Source: Candidatus Thorarchaeota archaeon
GTDB lineage: Archaea > Asgardarchaeota > Thorarchaeia > Thorarchaeales > Thorarchaeaceae
Length of the DNA: 15,669 bases
Assembly (NCBI GenBank): GCA_016839445.1
Contig: JAEOUG010000062.1
Span: 1 to 15,669 of the forward strand
Direction: 5' to 3'
A program made the translations under genes and the position numbers. The notes beneath the pieces were generated by a model. The model saw nothing but the letters and a program-made list of their open reading frames with translations. It had not been told where the DNA came from and ran no database searches. Of the stretch, positions 14,619 through 15,669 are shown in pieces (within the stretch, counting starts at the first letter, position 1; each line of letters starts with the position of its first letter).

Positions 14619-15527
14619 CTATCCACGGCGCCATATCATTCTTCTCAGGTAGTCAGAGAATACCCAATTGTCGATGTCACCAGTCAGCAGGAGACAGAAT
14701 CCGTGGTCTGACTTCCAGCGCTTGTGTTTGCTCCAGTAGGTCACAGCCTCTCTGGGAGTGGGTATCCATCCGCCCATCTCCTGAGCATACTCTGCAAGCT
14801 CCCCAAGGCATGGCGCATACTCCTTCTGTCCCATCCTTATAGGGTGCAAGTCAAACATCACCACGCCTCCCGAGCTTGCGGTCTTCTTGACCTGTGTCTT
14901 CAGCGCGGCAGTCACTTCTTTTCGCCCCCAGCCTCTGCCATCGATCATTAGGTCGTCACTGAGTATGTTGAGCGGGATGAAGGTGGTGTCAAGACTACCA
15001 CTCTCCGACTCGACCCTGAAGAAGTGAGTCTTCTCTCGGTGTTCTTCCTGGTACCCGAAACCACCATCCCATAGGAGGCCGTTCTTGTCAATAATGCGGG
15101 GCATATCCTCAGTGTAGCGGTCGTAGGGTGCCCGAAAGCCGGATATGTCTATTCCAAGTTTCCGGTAGGTCTGGAGGCTGAGTGCAAGATCCCTCTCGCG
15201 TCCGGCTTCGCTCAGCATGGGGTATCTTACGTGGTTGTACCCGTGGCTGGCCACTTCGTGCCCTTCTCTTTCGATAGATCGAGCCAACTCAGGTTTCATC
15301 CGAGCGACGCTTGCCACTGTCGGAAACGCGAATTTGGCGTCCGAGGGTTCAAGTGCTGCAAAGACGTTCTCCAGGATTTCGTCAAATGATGTCCTGTGAA
15401 GTCTCCACATCCTGTACATCTGCCTCGGCGCTCTCGTCCCCCACCGCCGCTGTAGTTGACTGATGTACCTTAGGCCTGACATGAACCACCCACTCGGTTG
15501 AACCCGAATCTCGCCCATGGAGGTCAT
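14619..15527 (-). CDS. Polysaccharide deacetylase (CE4/NodB) family protein, apparently circularly permuted
   Basis: GHEVASHGYNH, GFRAPY and FDLHP. The motif-1-like LLLTGDID is at the C-terminus. Start may be 15527 or 15518. Confidence 0.85.
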   Translation of the reverse strand: MTSMGEIRVQPSGWFMSGLRYISQLQRRWGTRAPRQMYRMWRLHRTSFDEILENVFAALEPSDAKFAFPTVASVARMKPELARSIEREGHEVASHGYNHVRYPMLSEAGRERDLALSLQTYRKLGIDISGFRAPYDRYTEDMPRIIDKNGLLWDGGFGYQEEHREKTHFFRVESESGSLDTTFIPLNILSDDLMIDGRGWGRKEVTAALKTQVKKTASSGGVVMFDLHPIRMGQKEYAPCLGELAEYAQEMGGWIPTPREAVTYWSKHKRWKSDHGFCLLLTGDIDNWVFSDYLRRMIWRRG

Positions 15528-15589
15528 AAGAGTTGCGCCTGTTCAAAGACAAGACTTATGCCCGATTCGGGCATGACGCAGCTGGAACT

Positions 15590-15669
15590 ATGATGAAGCT
15601 GAGCCACGTTGGTATCATCGTGAAGGACATTGAGAAGGGCATCAAGAACCATGAGGCCCTCTTTGGCTA
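15590..15669 (+). CDS. N-terminus of a VOC/glyoxalase family protein (methylmalonyl-CoA epimerase-like), 3' truncated by the window
   Basis: Not in the ORF track. Translates MMKLSHVGIIVKDIEKGIKNHEALFG, matching the VOC N-terminal pattern H(I/V)GI.V.D.E......LG. Confidence 0.8.
   Translation, partial: MMKLSHVGIIVKDIEKGIKNHEALFG

Noticed and set aside
279-15399. Numerous antisense or alternate-frame ORFs in the track (e.g. 1995..2501, 3654..4169, 9241..9738, 10493..11044, 12475..12912)
   Set aside because: All are nested in or opposite well-supported genes, lack motifs, and show the composition typical of shadow ORFs.
1-15669. Selenoprotein UGA read-through, CRISPR arrays or IS elements
   Set aside because: The TGA-terminated genes end at natural family boundaries. 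No spaced repeats, transposase or integrase motifs, or terminal inverted repeats were seen by eye.

Overview
A gene-dense archaeal window, most likely from an Asgard archaeon such as Thorarchaeia. This is inferred from a Rab/Ras-like small GTPase C-terminus, an archaeal-type ThrRS editing domain, a GGR-family reductase, TrmB-like regulators, a Hef-like helicase and TATA-like intergenic elements. From left to right it contains: the end of a small GTPase; a Cys-rich hypothetical protein; iorAB; a DHH/DHHA1 phosphoesterase; three tandem paralogous wHTH/TrmB-like regulators; a hairpin-rich 235-bp intergenic region; a geranylgeranyl-reductase-family flavoprotein; a membrane-anchored hexapeptide-repeat acyltransferase; a stand-alone ThrRS editing domain; and a degenerate SF2 helicase. 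It ends with the most notable element, an AcpS-FkbH-ACP operon. This operon converges on a deacetylase (apparently circularly permuted) plus an LbH acyltransferase, and a VOC-family gene starts at the right edge. The cluster suggests an ACP-dependent glyceryl-transfer (glycan acylation) system in an archaeon. No mobile elements, CRISPR arrays, rRNA or convincing tRNA were seen. All calls come from motif reading by eye; no searches were run.
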